Source of the DNA: the human T2T-CHM13v2.0 reference genome, Homo sapiens
Reading direction: 5' to 3' (one strand)
Length of the DNA: 64,000 nucleotides
Assembly (NCBI RefSeq): GCF_009914755.1
Contig: NC_060937.1
Shown here in pieces: positions 29,046 to 44,300 of the stretch (position 1 is the first letter of the stretch; each line of letters starts with the position of its first letter). The notes below the pieces were generated by a model that saw only the letters and a list, made by a program, of their open reading frames with translations, was not told where the DNA came from and did not search any database. Made by a program: the position numbers and the translations under genes.

Positions 29046-29345
29046 GGCCGGGCGCAGTGGCTCACACCTGTAATCCCAGCACTTTGGGAGGCCGAGGTGG
29101 GTGGATCACAAGGTCAGAAGATCGAGACCATCCTGGCTAACACAGTGAAACCCTGTCTCTACTAAAAATACAAAAAATTAGCTGGGCATGGTGGTAGGCG
29201 CCTATAGTCCCAGCTACTCGGGAGGCTGAGGTGGGATAATGGTGTGAACCCGGGAGGCGGAGCTTGCAGTGAGCAAGATGGCACCACTGCACTCCAGCCT
29301 GGACGACAGAGTGAGACTCCGCCTCAGAAAAAAAAAAAGAAAAAA
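29046..29345 (+). mobile_element. AluY-like nested in the inverted L1 segment
   Basis: gcggagcttgcagtgag Y-type motif; TSD aaaaagcattagaca. Confidence 0.95.
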
Positions 29346-30697
29346 AAAAGCATTAGACAAAATCCGGCATCTCTTTATGATTAAAACTCTCAGCAAAATC
29401 GGCATACAAGGGACATAACTTAATGTAATAAAAGCCATCTACGACAAACCCACAGCCAACATAATACTGAATGGGGAAAAGTTGAAAGCATTCCCTCTGA
29501 GAACTGGAACAAGACAAGGATACCTACTGTCAGCACTCTTCTTTAACATAGTACTAGAAGGCCTAGCCAAAGCAATCAGACAAGAGAAAGAAATAAAGGG
29601 CATCCATATAAGTAAAGAAGAAGTCAAACTGTCACTGTTTGCTGACAATATGATCATTTCCCTTGAAAACCCTAAGGACTCCTCCAGAAAGCTCCTAGGA
29701 CTGATAAAAGAATTCAGCAAAGTTTCCAGATACAAGATTAATGTACACAAATCAGTAGCTCTTCTATATACTAACAACGACTAAGCGGAGAATCAAATCA
29801 ATAACTCAACCCCTTTTACAATAGCTGCAAAAAATAAAATACTTACGAATATACCTAACCAAGGAGTCGAAAGACCTCTACAAGGAAAACTACAAAACAC
29901 TGCTGAAAGAAATCACAGACAACACAAACAAATGGAAACATATCCCATGCTCAAGGATAGGTAGAATCAATATTGTGAAAATGACCACACTGCCAAAAGC
30001 AATCTACTAATTCAATGCAATCCCCATCAAAATACCACTATCATTCTTCACAGAATTAGGAAAAGCAATTCTAAAATTCATATGGAACCAAAAAAGAGCC
30101 CACATAGCCAAAGCACGACTAAGCAAAAAGAACAAATCTGGAGGCATCACACTACCTGATTTCAAATTATACTATAAGGCCATAGTCACCACAACCACGT
30201 GCTTCTAACTTTTAAATGAGCACAAATGACTGCTTTGCTTCTCCTACCTCTTCTTCCTTCTGCCTTTTACTCTTCTCTCTCACCACCCCTTCACTTCTTC
30301 ATTCCTCCTTTCACTAAGTCTCAAGTGGCAAAAAATGTAAGAGAAAAGGGACAGGGAAAGAAAAGAAAAGTGGTAATGCCGATCCTCTTCACCCCTGCAG
30401 TCCTGCTCAAATTGGTGATCATATTATTTCCTTCTTGTTTCCTTACATTGTTTAGCTCCTTTCACGAGATCTTTCAATGTCCACCTCTGGTATGGTAGCC
30501 TGTCTCAAGTTGTTATCACATTTTACAGATGGTAGAATTGCAGAGTTGAAAGCTACCTTAGAAAAGACCACAAGGTGAGGTGATAGACTCACAAATAACT
30601 ACTCAAGTTAACATCATTGAAAATTTTAAATTTGAAGTCAAATATTCCGACTTCAAATCCAATGTTTGTCCACTGCAGCACACAGAGAATTAGCATG

Positions 30698-31016
30698 TTT
30701 TGTTGTTGTTGTTGTTGTTGTTGTTTTGAGATGGAGTCTCGCTCTGCCTCCCAGGCTGGAGTGCAGTGGCATGATCTCAGCTTACTGCAACCTCCGTCCG
30801 CCTCCCGGGTTCAGACGATTCTCCTGCTTCAGCCTCTCAAGTAGCTGGGATTACAGGCATGGGCTACCATGCCACCTGGCTAATTTTTGTATTTTTAGCA
30901 GGGACGGGGTTTCACCATGTGGGCCAAGCTGTTCTCAAACTCCTGACCTCAGGTAATCTGCCCGCCTCGGCCTCCCAAAGTGCTGGGATTACAGGCATGA
31001 GCCACTCCGCCCGGCC
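30698..31016 (-). mobile_element. AluSx-like with (GTT)n tail
   Basis: TSD ttagcatgt; ends ~150 nt upstream of the exon at 31165. Confidence 0.95.
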
Positions 31017-31141
31017 AACGTTAGCATGTATCTACCAGTGCAATTATATAATTTTAAAAATGGGTTTTGCAGTCTATTAGGGAGGAGTCCTAGATTTTTT
31101 ATGAATTGTATTACTCTGAGAATACCTTCAGTGTGCTTTAA

Positions 31142-31264
<123 letters not shown>

Positions 31265-31396
31265 TAATTTATTGTTACTTTTAGACAATATTTATTGATC
31301 TAAAAACTACTTAGGTTGTAAAAGTCTAAGTTTTTAAAATTATTTCTGAATTCCAAATACTGGGTTATATGACTTATGTTTATTGATTGCTATTGA

Positions 31397-31561
<165 letters not shown>

Positions 31562-31635
31562 TAAGATGATTTCTCACCTTAGAATGTTGAAGTTGGTGTT
31601 TAAAACTAAATCAGTGGTTTGCTTTTTTCCGATGA

Positions 31636-31755
<120 letters not shown>

Positions 31756-34375
31756 TAAGTGAATGCCAGAACCCTTTACCATGAGAACGTGCGTGCTTTC
31801 ACTGTCCTTCCAGCCCTAATTTAGGGAAGTTGGGGTTGAGCTTACAAGGAACTAGGTAGGGCTCTTTGCCATGTGTGCCCCATCTCTGAAACTGAATAGA
31901 AAGCTCTTCCAAGACAGGTATCAATTATCTTTTTTACTTGGCACTTGGGCCAGATCCTACCTAGAGTCCATGGGTTTCATACTGTTGCATCAAAGAAATG
32001 GGGTGACCAGATTACATTTCTCTCTGCCTAAATATTCCAAGGAAGTTTATCACTTTTGAAAGTTCTGTTTTCTCTAGCCCATGAGTGGGTGGTTACAATA
32101 TATCATCTATCAGTGGGAAAATTCCATTCTAGAATGTCCCCTTTACTATAGACCTTACTTAATTCAGCTGAGCTAAAAATGTCCCAGACTCTGTCATGGA
32201 AACAAGTCAGGGGGGAAATTCTCATTGCTAAATTTATCTGGCCCCATAGCACTACTTAGCAGGCAAGAACAAAATTGCGTTAGACTATTAGCAACAATAT
32301 ACCTCTTCCAAAAGTGATGTCACACCCTACTTACCCAGCTTCATTTTGTCCAACCCTGAGGCAAATCAGGCAAGATCCCGAATGCCTAAGTTAGGCAAAA
32401 TGAACCAGAGACATAATGTGAATTCATGCCAGGAGGTCAGCTTAAAGCAACAGTGATGCTCCAATCCTTGTGAAATGCAATCCTTCCTCAGAAAGAGATT
32501 TTTATCTTCAAGGGATTGAATTTCGTAACGTAGTAGCATGGAAATTACACAATTTATCAAAAAAACAAAAATTTTAAAAAGCACTTAGCAATCTTACCTG
32601 GCCAAAACATAGACCAGAATGCAGGAAATAGAACCCCTTAACTCCTTGGCATAATTTATTTAATCTAATCCAGTTTATCTACTCATCCTGACTATATTTT
32701 TTTAAATATATAACACATCAGTGTTCGAAGGAGGAACGGGAACTTCCAGAGGATGATAAACTGATGCCATTGAGAAATAAAGCTCAACCGCTGGTGGCAA
32801 CAGAAAGGAAAGAAACTGGCCAAAGCATACATAAGAATTAAACAATAGAGTGATCTGGGCCATTTTGCATGAGGCTATATTGTAGTTTTATAGCCTATTA
32901 AAATAATTGTGGTTCATGAATCATTAAGAAAAAAGTGTAATGCATTTTGGAGATATTTCCATTGCAATTGAGTAATGAAAGCATTAGCATTTTAAATGGA
33001 CAAGCTGTAGTTATCCAGCAAATCGTGTATCTACCTCATTTCTAGAAAAGATTGGGAAAAATGAGGTATTAACATGTATACTTGCTGATTTGTCAAACCC
33101 TGAAAATCTCAACATAAACTTTCAGCTGTCATTTGGAAACTTCAGTATGCCAAAAATGACTTTGTGTTTTCCTTAGTTTTTGTGAATTATGCATAACAAT
33201 AATATTGGTTACTGTCAAATGACCTTCCTTAGCTCTGTGATTCTGAGTTGGTTGTGAATAAGTTGAGAAACACTGTCATAACTGAGCAATATTCTAAGCT
33301 TGTAGGAATTTCCATTTTAGGTAAGATTTATGGTCCACCAAGTCAGTGTTTGCTTGCCAATGGTGGCTTTTTTTATTTTCGTGATGTCAGTATTTGTCCC
33401 TATTCTGCGGTAGTAGGGTGTAAGAAATGCCTCCATTTGGACAGTGCTCCAGTACTTTCCAGTCTCTAGTGAACCGTTTGGCCAGTCTGCTCTTGCAGTA
33501 AACACAGACTCCAATAGCCCTTGATGTGTTCTCAACTAGTCTATATGTAGTTAACCTTGATGGATAGATGGTATAAACTTAAACTAGTATCATACCATGA
33601 ATTATGACATTACTTCTTTCTCATAAGTACACCAGGACCATTACTTTATTGTTACCTTAGAAAAGTACTGTTTCCTTCATTCCCAGGGTGGGAGAAAGAA
33701 TGTTTGCTTATCTGGTATAGTGTGATTATCTTTTTTAAAAAAGTTGAGTAATGTAATAATTCTAATTTTAGATTATATGTCTCATTCCCAATGATAATGC
33801 TTATTAAATATTTTCCTGATTATGACTTTAGCTATTAGTACTTACTTTGGAATTTGAGTTTTAGCAGAATCACTATTTTTAGTCTTACTAGTGATGATGC
33901 TGTTTAGTTCTTGTCATTTAGGGAAAAGAATTTTGATAATAAGTGTTATTCACCCATAATATTGACTTTTTGAAAGTCAGTTAAAACAAATTTAACTACT
34001 TTGGCCAAAATCTGGTAGATTCATTTAAATAGTAATAATACTTCATTTAAGAATCATAGATTTTTAAACTACTTTCTCTTTATGCGATATTATCTTTATA
34101 TGTTCATTTACTCATTTTTGTAATATGTACTATACATTTTAAAGCAGAAGTTTATATTCATGTGAATTTTATAGTATACCAAAGACTAAGTAATCATTGA
34201 GTTACAGTATTTACTAAATAAAATACTAAACAGGAAATACTAAAGGAAAGGTCATTGAAATTTTTTTTTCTTAAAGTCACTTTAAGAGAAAATAGATTTT
34301 AAATGCAAATAGATTTTTTGATGGCTTTTGTGCTAAGTAACATGTTTATATCATTTGGGACTTTTAAAAATAAAA

Positions 34376-34714
<339 letters not shown>

Positions 34715-35670
34715 TTAGCCACTAACTCATGAGAATATTGAAATAGTGAATTATGCAAATAACTTCCCTTTTTCTCTCTCTCCTTATTTTAGTCATGGAT
34801 TCAAACTGGAAAACAAACTTTCCTTAGTATCGTGTCATCTTTAAAACTATATAACTCTAACTATAATATTTTTCTCTCTAAACTCATACATTTAAAAATT
34901 AAAACCATAGTTATTTTGGTATCTGGAAATAATTTGAAAAGAAATACAATTTTTTAAAATTCAGTTTGGGGTTATTGCATTTTTATAATCTTGATTTAAA
35001 GTATCACTTCCATTGCTTGACAGTCATGGTCATTTCTGCTTCCTACCTTTTATCCATCTCTACCGAATGTCCTCTGCTCACCTGTACCCCAGCTCAAATC
35101 TCCTCTGAAATCCTCTCTAATTAATTACGCAGATGAGAATAGCCCCTTCATTCTCTGATGCCCTGAAGCCACTATTTAATAGTGAATAGTGATTGACTAT
35201 TCACCAAATAGTCAGTGTGAAATATAAGAAAGTGATGGAACCTGGTGCATCTGAACTCCCTGAAGATCAGAAAGGTCTGGACAGTGTCCAGCAGGTGCTA
35301 ACACATAGTAGGCCCCCGGTAAATTATTACTATTGTGATTCACATGGCTCATGGTCAGTGCTACCTTGTTTTATCTTCCTAATTAAACTATAAACTATTC
35401 TAGAGAGGGCAGAGACTACATGTTACCATTACCACTGTCTAAGACAGCTGCGGTGTAATGGAAATTCCTGGAATTTATATCAGAAGCTCTGGGTTTGAGT
35501 CTCTTCTTTGCCACTGTGGTCTTCCAATCTGTTTCTTTATTTGTTAATTGGAAATGCATTCACTGCCTAATTCACTGGATTGTTAAGGATCAAAATGTGA
35601 AATGGTATAATCGCTTAAAATGTAAAACCACTTACAGATATTTCTTGTTATTGTTATTCTGAGTCTACAC

Positions 35671-36255
35671 CAGTGTTTCTCAAATTTTTTCACATCAGAA
35701 ACACCTGTAGAGCTTATTAAACACAAATTATTATTCATCCCTGGAATTACGGATTCAGTAGGTGTATTATTCTGCTTAAGCTGCCATAACAAAGTACTGC
35801 AGACTAATTGGTTTAAACAACAGAAATTTATTTCCCACAGTTCTGGAGTTGAAGTCCAAGCTCAAGGTGTTAGCAGGGTTGATTCCTTCTGAGGCCTCTC
35901 TCCTTGGCTTGTATGTGGCCATTTTCTCCCTGTGTCTTCATATGGTCTTCTCTGTGTGTGTGTCTCTACTCATCTCCCAGTCATGTTGGAGTCCTTATAA
36001 GAAGGGGAGACGAGTACAGAGACACACACAGAGATATAACTTCATTTTAACTTAATAACTTAGCTGGAGAGGTTACATGGTGTCCATTTTATGATAATAA
36101 CTTTGTTTTAAGTTAATTACCTTTTTATAAGCTGTATGCCCAAATACAGTCACATTTCGATCTCAGAAGGGTCAGGCTTCAACATATGAATTTGAGGGGC
36201 ACACAATTCAGCCCTAACAGTAGGTCTGCGGTAGGACCAGAGAATGTGCTGATAC
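35671..36255. mobile_element. MER5A-like relic split by an MLT1 LTR
   Basis: cagtgtttctcaaa...catcagaaacacctg...ttcagtagg | gtaggtctgcggtaggaccagagaatgtgc. Confidence 0.7.
35763..36219 (-). mobile_element. MLT1B-like solo LTR with internal rearrangements
   Basis: tgtattattctgcttaagctgccataacaaagtac...cacaattcagccctaaca; perfect TSD gtagg. Confidence 0.88.
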
Positions 36256-36614
36256 CAAATAGATTTTTGTAAATTTAATAAAGTTTCTATTTTAATTTTT
36301 GCTAATTTCCTAATCTGAAAAATTAATATACCATTTTGTAGTTAATCTCCATGAAATTTTACTTATAAAGTAAACACAGCTAATATTTTCTACCATATTC
36401 TAATAGTATTATTTAAATGTCAGAAGGGGCCAGTTTGGGGTGCTGTCTTGAAATTGGGTATTCTGTAGAAGTCCACCAAATGCCACCGAAGATTAGGAAA
36501 ATACCCTGAAATATTCTTAGCGATGCTAATAACCCATTAGGGAATATCTCATTCATAAGTTGTCTAAATCTTCTTGAAGCTATTTATATTTTCTGCTCTA
36601 TTGCCTTTTAAAAA

Positions 36615-36820
36615 TCTTTTTTATTAAGAAATACATGTAGCAAACATAGAGGAAAATCCATAAGGCAGTTAAACAAAGTATTATAAAATGGACACCATGT
36701 TACCTCCCCACCTAAGCCAAGAACTAGAAAATTGCCAGCACTTGAGAATCCCCTCACGCCCCACTTGCCAACCACCAGCCCCTGTACTGCCTTTGGTTAA
36801 ACAATGTCTCTATGTTTACT
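36615..36820 (-). mobile_element. L1ME-like 3' fragment
   Basis: caagaactagaaaattgccagcac...cccc pattern. Confidence 0.55.
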
Positions 36821-36933
36821 GCCTACTTTATTTGTCCTGAAATTTCTGCTTTAAGGTCTCAAGAATTGTTCCAAACTTCCGGGACTCTATTAGTTCACCT
36901 TTCATTTCTATAATCACAATTACCTCCCCCAGC

Positions 36934-37218
36934 CTTTTTTTTTTTTTTTTTTCCGGTGAGACAGAGTCTTACTCTATCACCCAGGCTAGAGTGCAGTGGC
37001 GTGATCTTGGCTAACTGCAAGCTCTGCCTCCCAGGTTCAAGCGATTTTCCAGCCTCAGCCTCACGCACACCACCACGCCCGGCTAATTTTTGTGTTTTTG
37101 GTAGAGACCGGGTTTCACCATGTTGGTCAGGCTGGTCTCGAACTCCTGACCTCAGGTAATCCACCCACTTCGGCCTCCCAAAGTGCTGGGATTACAGGCT
37201 TGAGCCACAGCGCCCAGC
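36934..37218 (-). mobile_element. AluS with internal deletion
   Basis: Lacks the gtagctgggattacagg segment; flanking acaattacc repeat. Confidence 0.92.
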
Positions 37219-37327
37219 AACAATTACCATTTTTAATCAAGGCTTGCTTCTAATTTTTCATGGAACCTCAGGCTAATAGTCTCAGAAAACAAAATACAAT
37301 AAATCTTAGACTGTTTTCTTTGGAAAG

Positions 37328-37331
<4 letters not shown>

Positions 37332-37372
<41 letters not shown>
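37332..37372. repeat. (TG)~20 microsatellite
   Basis: Directly visible. Confidence 0.97.
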
Positions 37373-37374
<2 letters not shown>

Positions 37375-37700
37375 TTTTTGGTGAATAGACAAACCAGCTG
37401 TGTCAGACTTAGTGGTATGGACAATTTCTATGTGTACATTTCTCTACTCTTAGGTACTTGAAGATCTGCTTCTGCTTTCTCTTAGCTTTAAGATCTGTTC
37501 TTTTTACAAACATGGATGATAATATTGTTGTAATTAGTATTATTTTACTTTCGAATACAAATACTTTGAGGACAGGGACTGGACTGTGTCTTTTTGTTTG
37601 TTTTGCACTTATCAGATAAAACTGTAAAATTCCATGAATATAATAGACAGCCCATTCATCTTTACCTTTTAGATATAATTTAAATTTTCCCATTACTAGA

Positions 37701-38058
<358 letters not shown>

Positions 38059-38446
38059 TAAAGGAAATGATAACAGAAAACTTTAGAAATACAGGAATAC
38101 TTGGCATTATTTGGAATACAAATCCTTATATCATTTGCTGTCCCTGTCAGAAATCACTAACCTAGTATGTTATTGCTCATAGACTCACTATTTGATACTT
38201 CAGGCTCTGGGGTCTGCAACTGTGTTGAAAATGGCCAAGCCTGAGGAAATGGGGTTTTTTGTGATGCTCAATTTAAGAGCTAGACCATTTTGAGAAGGTC
38301 TAAATAAACCGGGATCTGCCCCCTCGCCTGATGAAGATGTTGAGCATCTTACAGTATAAGAAGGGTAAAGGAGAAGAAAATTGGATCCTTTGCCAAATCC
38401 CAAACACCAAATCCTTACAAAATCATGGCTGTTGTACTTGAACTGA

Positions 38447-38731
<285 letters not shown>

Positions 38732-39145
38732 TAGGCAGGAGAGCTAAGGTGCTCTCAACTTGAGCACTTCCCTTCCTCAAAATGATGAACCTGGAACATG
38801 AAAAGCCAATTACTTGTCAATACGGAGAAACATTCTACTGTCTAAATAATTCATGAAGTCCTTTGTAACCAAATAGTACAGTTGCGGGCACATAATTTCA
38901 TTTCTCAACTTTCATATATCTTTGGAGGAGAGTATACAGTGGGATTGCTTGTTTGCTGACTTTTTTCTCTTTCACCCACTGGTACATATTGTTCTATGAA
39001 TAAAATATAACTGATTTTTACTTTTTAAAATTGATAGCATTGGGTTGGCTACATTGACATTCACAGGCATGAGGACTTGAAATAATAAAGAAATCTGTTT
39101 TATTCTTACTATAAAAAGGAATCTTAATTTTTAAAAACTCAGCTA

Positions 39146-39465
<320 letters not shown>

Positions 39466-39674
39466 CTAAACAATACAGGTTTGATATTTATTGCCCAGTG
39501 CCCATCATGGTACATAACAAAAGAATTGCTGCTAAGGAGAATTTAACAGAATACTCAGCTCTTAGAGTTTACAAAACTTTGGTATTTGAAGGAATTTTTA
39601 AAATGCTGCTGTGAATTAAATTTGGTGATGACCTTACTAGAGGGTTTAGATGTATGGATTATGAATATAGGCTG

Positions 39675-40425
39675 TACCATTTTACACCCACAAGGATGGC
39701 TATAGTCAAAAATATAACAATTCTGGGTGAAGATGTGGAAAAATTAGAACCTTACACACTGCTGGTATGAGTGCAAAATGGCACAGCCACTTTGGCACAG
39801 CCTGTGCCACAAATGGTACAGCTTGGCCCTGGCAGTTCCTCAAATAGCAAAACCTAGAATTACCGTATGATCCAGCAATTCCACTCCTAGGTATATGCAC
39901 AAGAGAAATGAAAATATATGTCCACACAAAAACTTGAACACAAATGTTCATAGCAGCATTATTCATAGTTGCCAAAAAGTGGAAACAACCCAAATGTCTA
40001 TAAAATGATGAATGGATAGATAAAATGTGATATATCCCTATAATGGAATATTATTTGGCCATAAAAAGTAGTGAAGCTGATACATGCCACAACATGGGTG
40101 AACTTTGAAAATGTTACACTAAGTGAATGAAACCATACACAAAAGGCCATGTATTATATTATTCTGTTTATATGGAATGTCCAGAATAGGCAAATCCATA
40201 GAGACAGAAAGTAGACTAACAGTTATCTAGGGCTGGGGATGGGGAGTGGATAGGGAGGTTGCAGATGGCTGCTGAGGGGTAGAGTTTCCTTTGGGTGTCA
40301 TTAAAAGGTTCTAAATTTGACAGTAGTGACAGATGCACAACTGTGATTATACTAAAAGTCAATGAATTGTATATGTTAAATGGGTGAATTGCATACTACA
40401 TAAATTATGTCACAATAAAACTATT
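39675..40425 (+). mobile_element. L1MB-like 3' portion
   Basis: gatccagcaattccactcctaggtatat, aataggcaaatccatagagacagaaagtag, caataaa end. Confidence 0.88.
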
Positions 40426-40947
40426 ATATATTGGGGGGACTATGTATCAAACTTCTCGGGTTTGAATTCAAGCTCTGGCATTTACCAGCTCTGTGACCTG
40501 ACCAGTCACACTTAACCCCTCCCATCCTCACTTCCCTTATCTGCAAGGTGATGATAATGACACTAACCTTAGAGAGTGGTTCTGAGGATTCTTAGCACAT
40601 GACAAACACTCAGTAACTGTTAAATATTTTATTATTTATCCCACTCTCATATTAATAATTCCTTTATCTATATACATGAATTAAGACTTGAGAGAGTATT
40701 ACATACTTATGCAAAATAATGTAGCAAAAGAATGACTATTCTGGGAACTATAGAGCTCATCTGTATAGGAAAGCTGTTTCAGTGACTTCCCGTACTGGTG
40801 TTGCCTATCTTGAGCTGAGGTCTTAATATGATATTGATAGAATGAGGACTTTAGGGATTGTTTTTGGCAATCTTCCCAATGGCAACAGAAAATAAAGGGA
40901 AATAGCCAGTGTAGATATTAACATGTTATTATATTTAGCCTTGGACT

Positions 40948-41283
<336 letters not shown>

Positions 41284-42021
41284 GCCCTGGACTCTTGAAT
41301 GAAAACAATACCTGATATAGACCACAATAAGTTACTACCAATAAGGCCAGGAAGGAGAGAGAGGTGGGCAGAATTCTGCCAACTTTCCTTTTAAAAAAGT
41401 TGACATTTTGTTTAAAAAAAAAATGTTGGCAGGCCAACTTTCCTACAGAATGAGTCATTGAGCAACCAAGAACACCCTTACATATGACAACAGTCCACTG
41501 GCAGTAGTGTCCTTTCTTAAGGAACCCTTCTAAAGGTTTCCTTGTTGAGGTGGGAGAGGGAAACGTTCCTGACTTGCTTATGAAACTAGGTGAATAATAA
41601 ACACACCTAAAATGTCAGAGCGAACAAGTAAACAGCTCTGTGCCCGAGGCTGTCAGGCATAGGGCCTAAAATAAGTTCGATGTCTTCTGCCTCTCTTCCC
41701 ATGTTTACCTTCCCTGGGGATCTGTGTTTGTGGGCTAACTAGGAGCCCAGGGCCTAACACACACACTAAGTAATAAATAGAAATGTATTGGAAGTGAATG
41801 ACTGAATGAATCAACCAGTGACTCAGTGGATACACGTGTGCTTGCTGGTTAGAGATGCTTTGTCCTTTTAGAATAGTGAATTGAAATATAAGAGTGAAAA
41901 AACCAGCCTTGCAGAATGTCATTGAGGCCATTGCAAACATACAAATTTCAATACAAATGTTTGAATCCAGTGATTTTTAATAGACTATGGAATATGCTCT
42001 GTTGATACATGATTGAATTAA

Positions 42022-42460
<439 letters not shown>

Positions 42461-44054
42461 TGAGGATCCTAAGGACTCCACAGATAGGAAAAGTACCTAA
42501 AGCTCCCTCAAAAAGAGGCAGCATTTGAAACTGAAGCTGGCTTTTTGTATTGACCATGATTGAATGATATTCATGTAGGGGGATTAGACCGCATCACCTC
42601 AGATGACCCTCTGGTCCTAAGGAGTCTGTTATTTACTTTCAAGATTGGCTTAACTTGATTTTTATTTTAATTTCTGAGAACTTTTTTCCAATCTGAAGGC
42701 TAAAGTTTATAATAACAGTTTCTCTTCTCAATCCCCAGGAGCCTGCCCTGGCAAATTTCTATCTGGATGCTAGGATCAAAATGGAAACAGGCAGGAAAAG
42801 GAGTTGGGAAATAGACAGTTGCCCATAGGAAGGATTATCTGAAGGCTGGGAAAATAATTCTTGGGAAGGTTTCGGTACTGAAGAGCAGTATAGAAAATCT
42901 TTTAGGTTACCACCACCTTTTACCCGCTATGGTGAATAAAGCTTTGGTTTATGAATCGGCGAGTGATGTAACAGCTGTAATGTGAAAGTCAGGAGGAAGC
43001 AAGTTGTTTAGGGATCTGGTTACTGGCATGGTTTATGCTAGTCTCCAAAGGATGAGCATCCCTACCATGATTTGAGCAGGTACTTAGGGTTGCTTTGCTG
43101 GTAGTGGTGACAAATTTGCTCATTCGTCTACATTCTGTGGTCATTGTGACTAACTGCATGCATATTTTTTAGATTACTGACTAGCATTAGAGCTGCACTC
43201 AATGGTAGCAGTAGTTCCAAGTCCCTTTAAAACTAAGTTAATTTAAAAAAAAACGACTAATGAACTGTTAAGCATTGTGGGCAGTTGTTTCTTGTTAATT
43301 CAAGTTAACAGATGAGCCAGTTACATTTTTATTTCATGGCCCTTGATTAAGAGGGAATCATAAAGGTCTATTACATCTGGCTTAGCAAAATGGTGATGGG
43401 TTCTGCATGTATGATTTTTTTCGGTGGCTGTTCATTACCTTTGCTGTCTTCTCAAGTTGCTGCGGGAAGCTGGCCCAGTTAGGCAGGAAAAGCACAGTAG
43501 CACCTCTGTTTATTTGGTCATAAGCAAATTCCTCCTGTGGTTAAATTTGTCTTGGTAGAGTTTACCAATGCAATAACACTTCTTTTACGAATCTTCCTTA
43601 ATTACCAGAAGGTTGCATGCAAAAGAAAATATAGACAACTACCTCTAAGATAGGGACAAATTATTAGATGTCTATGAGCAAAAAAGCCAATAACATTTTC
43701 AAAATTTGTGTGCCTTCCTGCTTTTTTTTCTGGAGATTAAGAGAGTGATCTAAGATGGTAAGTTTGTTTTTAAATTTTATAAGTAAAGTCTAAATCATTG
43801 AATCAGATTTCTGCATTATTATACATGAAACTTCTTTCATTTTATTACACGCTATCCATAATTCTTGGTTATTCCATCCCCAGCATTATCAGAAAGCGTT
43901 TGTGAAATGCGCGCCAGTGCCCTGCATCCACTGGGCACTGTTGTGCTACACAGTGTCCTGTTTCTTGCCCACAGGGCCCCCGAGGGAGATGGCAAGGTAG
44001 TGGGTACAGAGAATGTATGTTACCTGGTTTGTTGAAATATAAATGATCCTGTGA

Positions 44055-44300
<246 letters not shown>

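Noticed and set aside
28545-29784. ORFs resembling reverse transcriptase / L1 ORF2
   Set aside because: Fragments of a truncated, inverted, Alu-interrupted L1 with stops and a degenerate FADD motif (FADN); not a functional gene
43915-43940. 8-bp hairpin cagtgccc...gggcactg upstream of exon 11
   Set aside because: Too short to distinguish from chance in 64 kb
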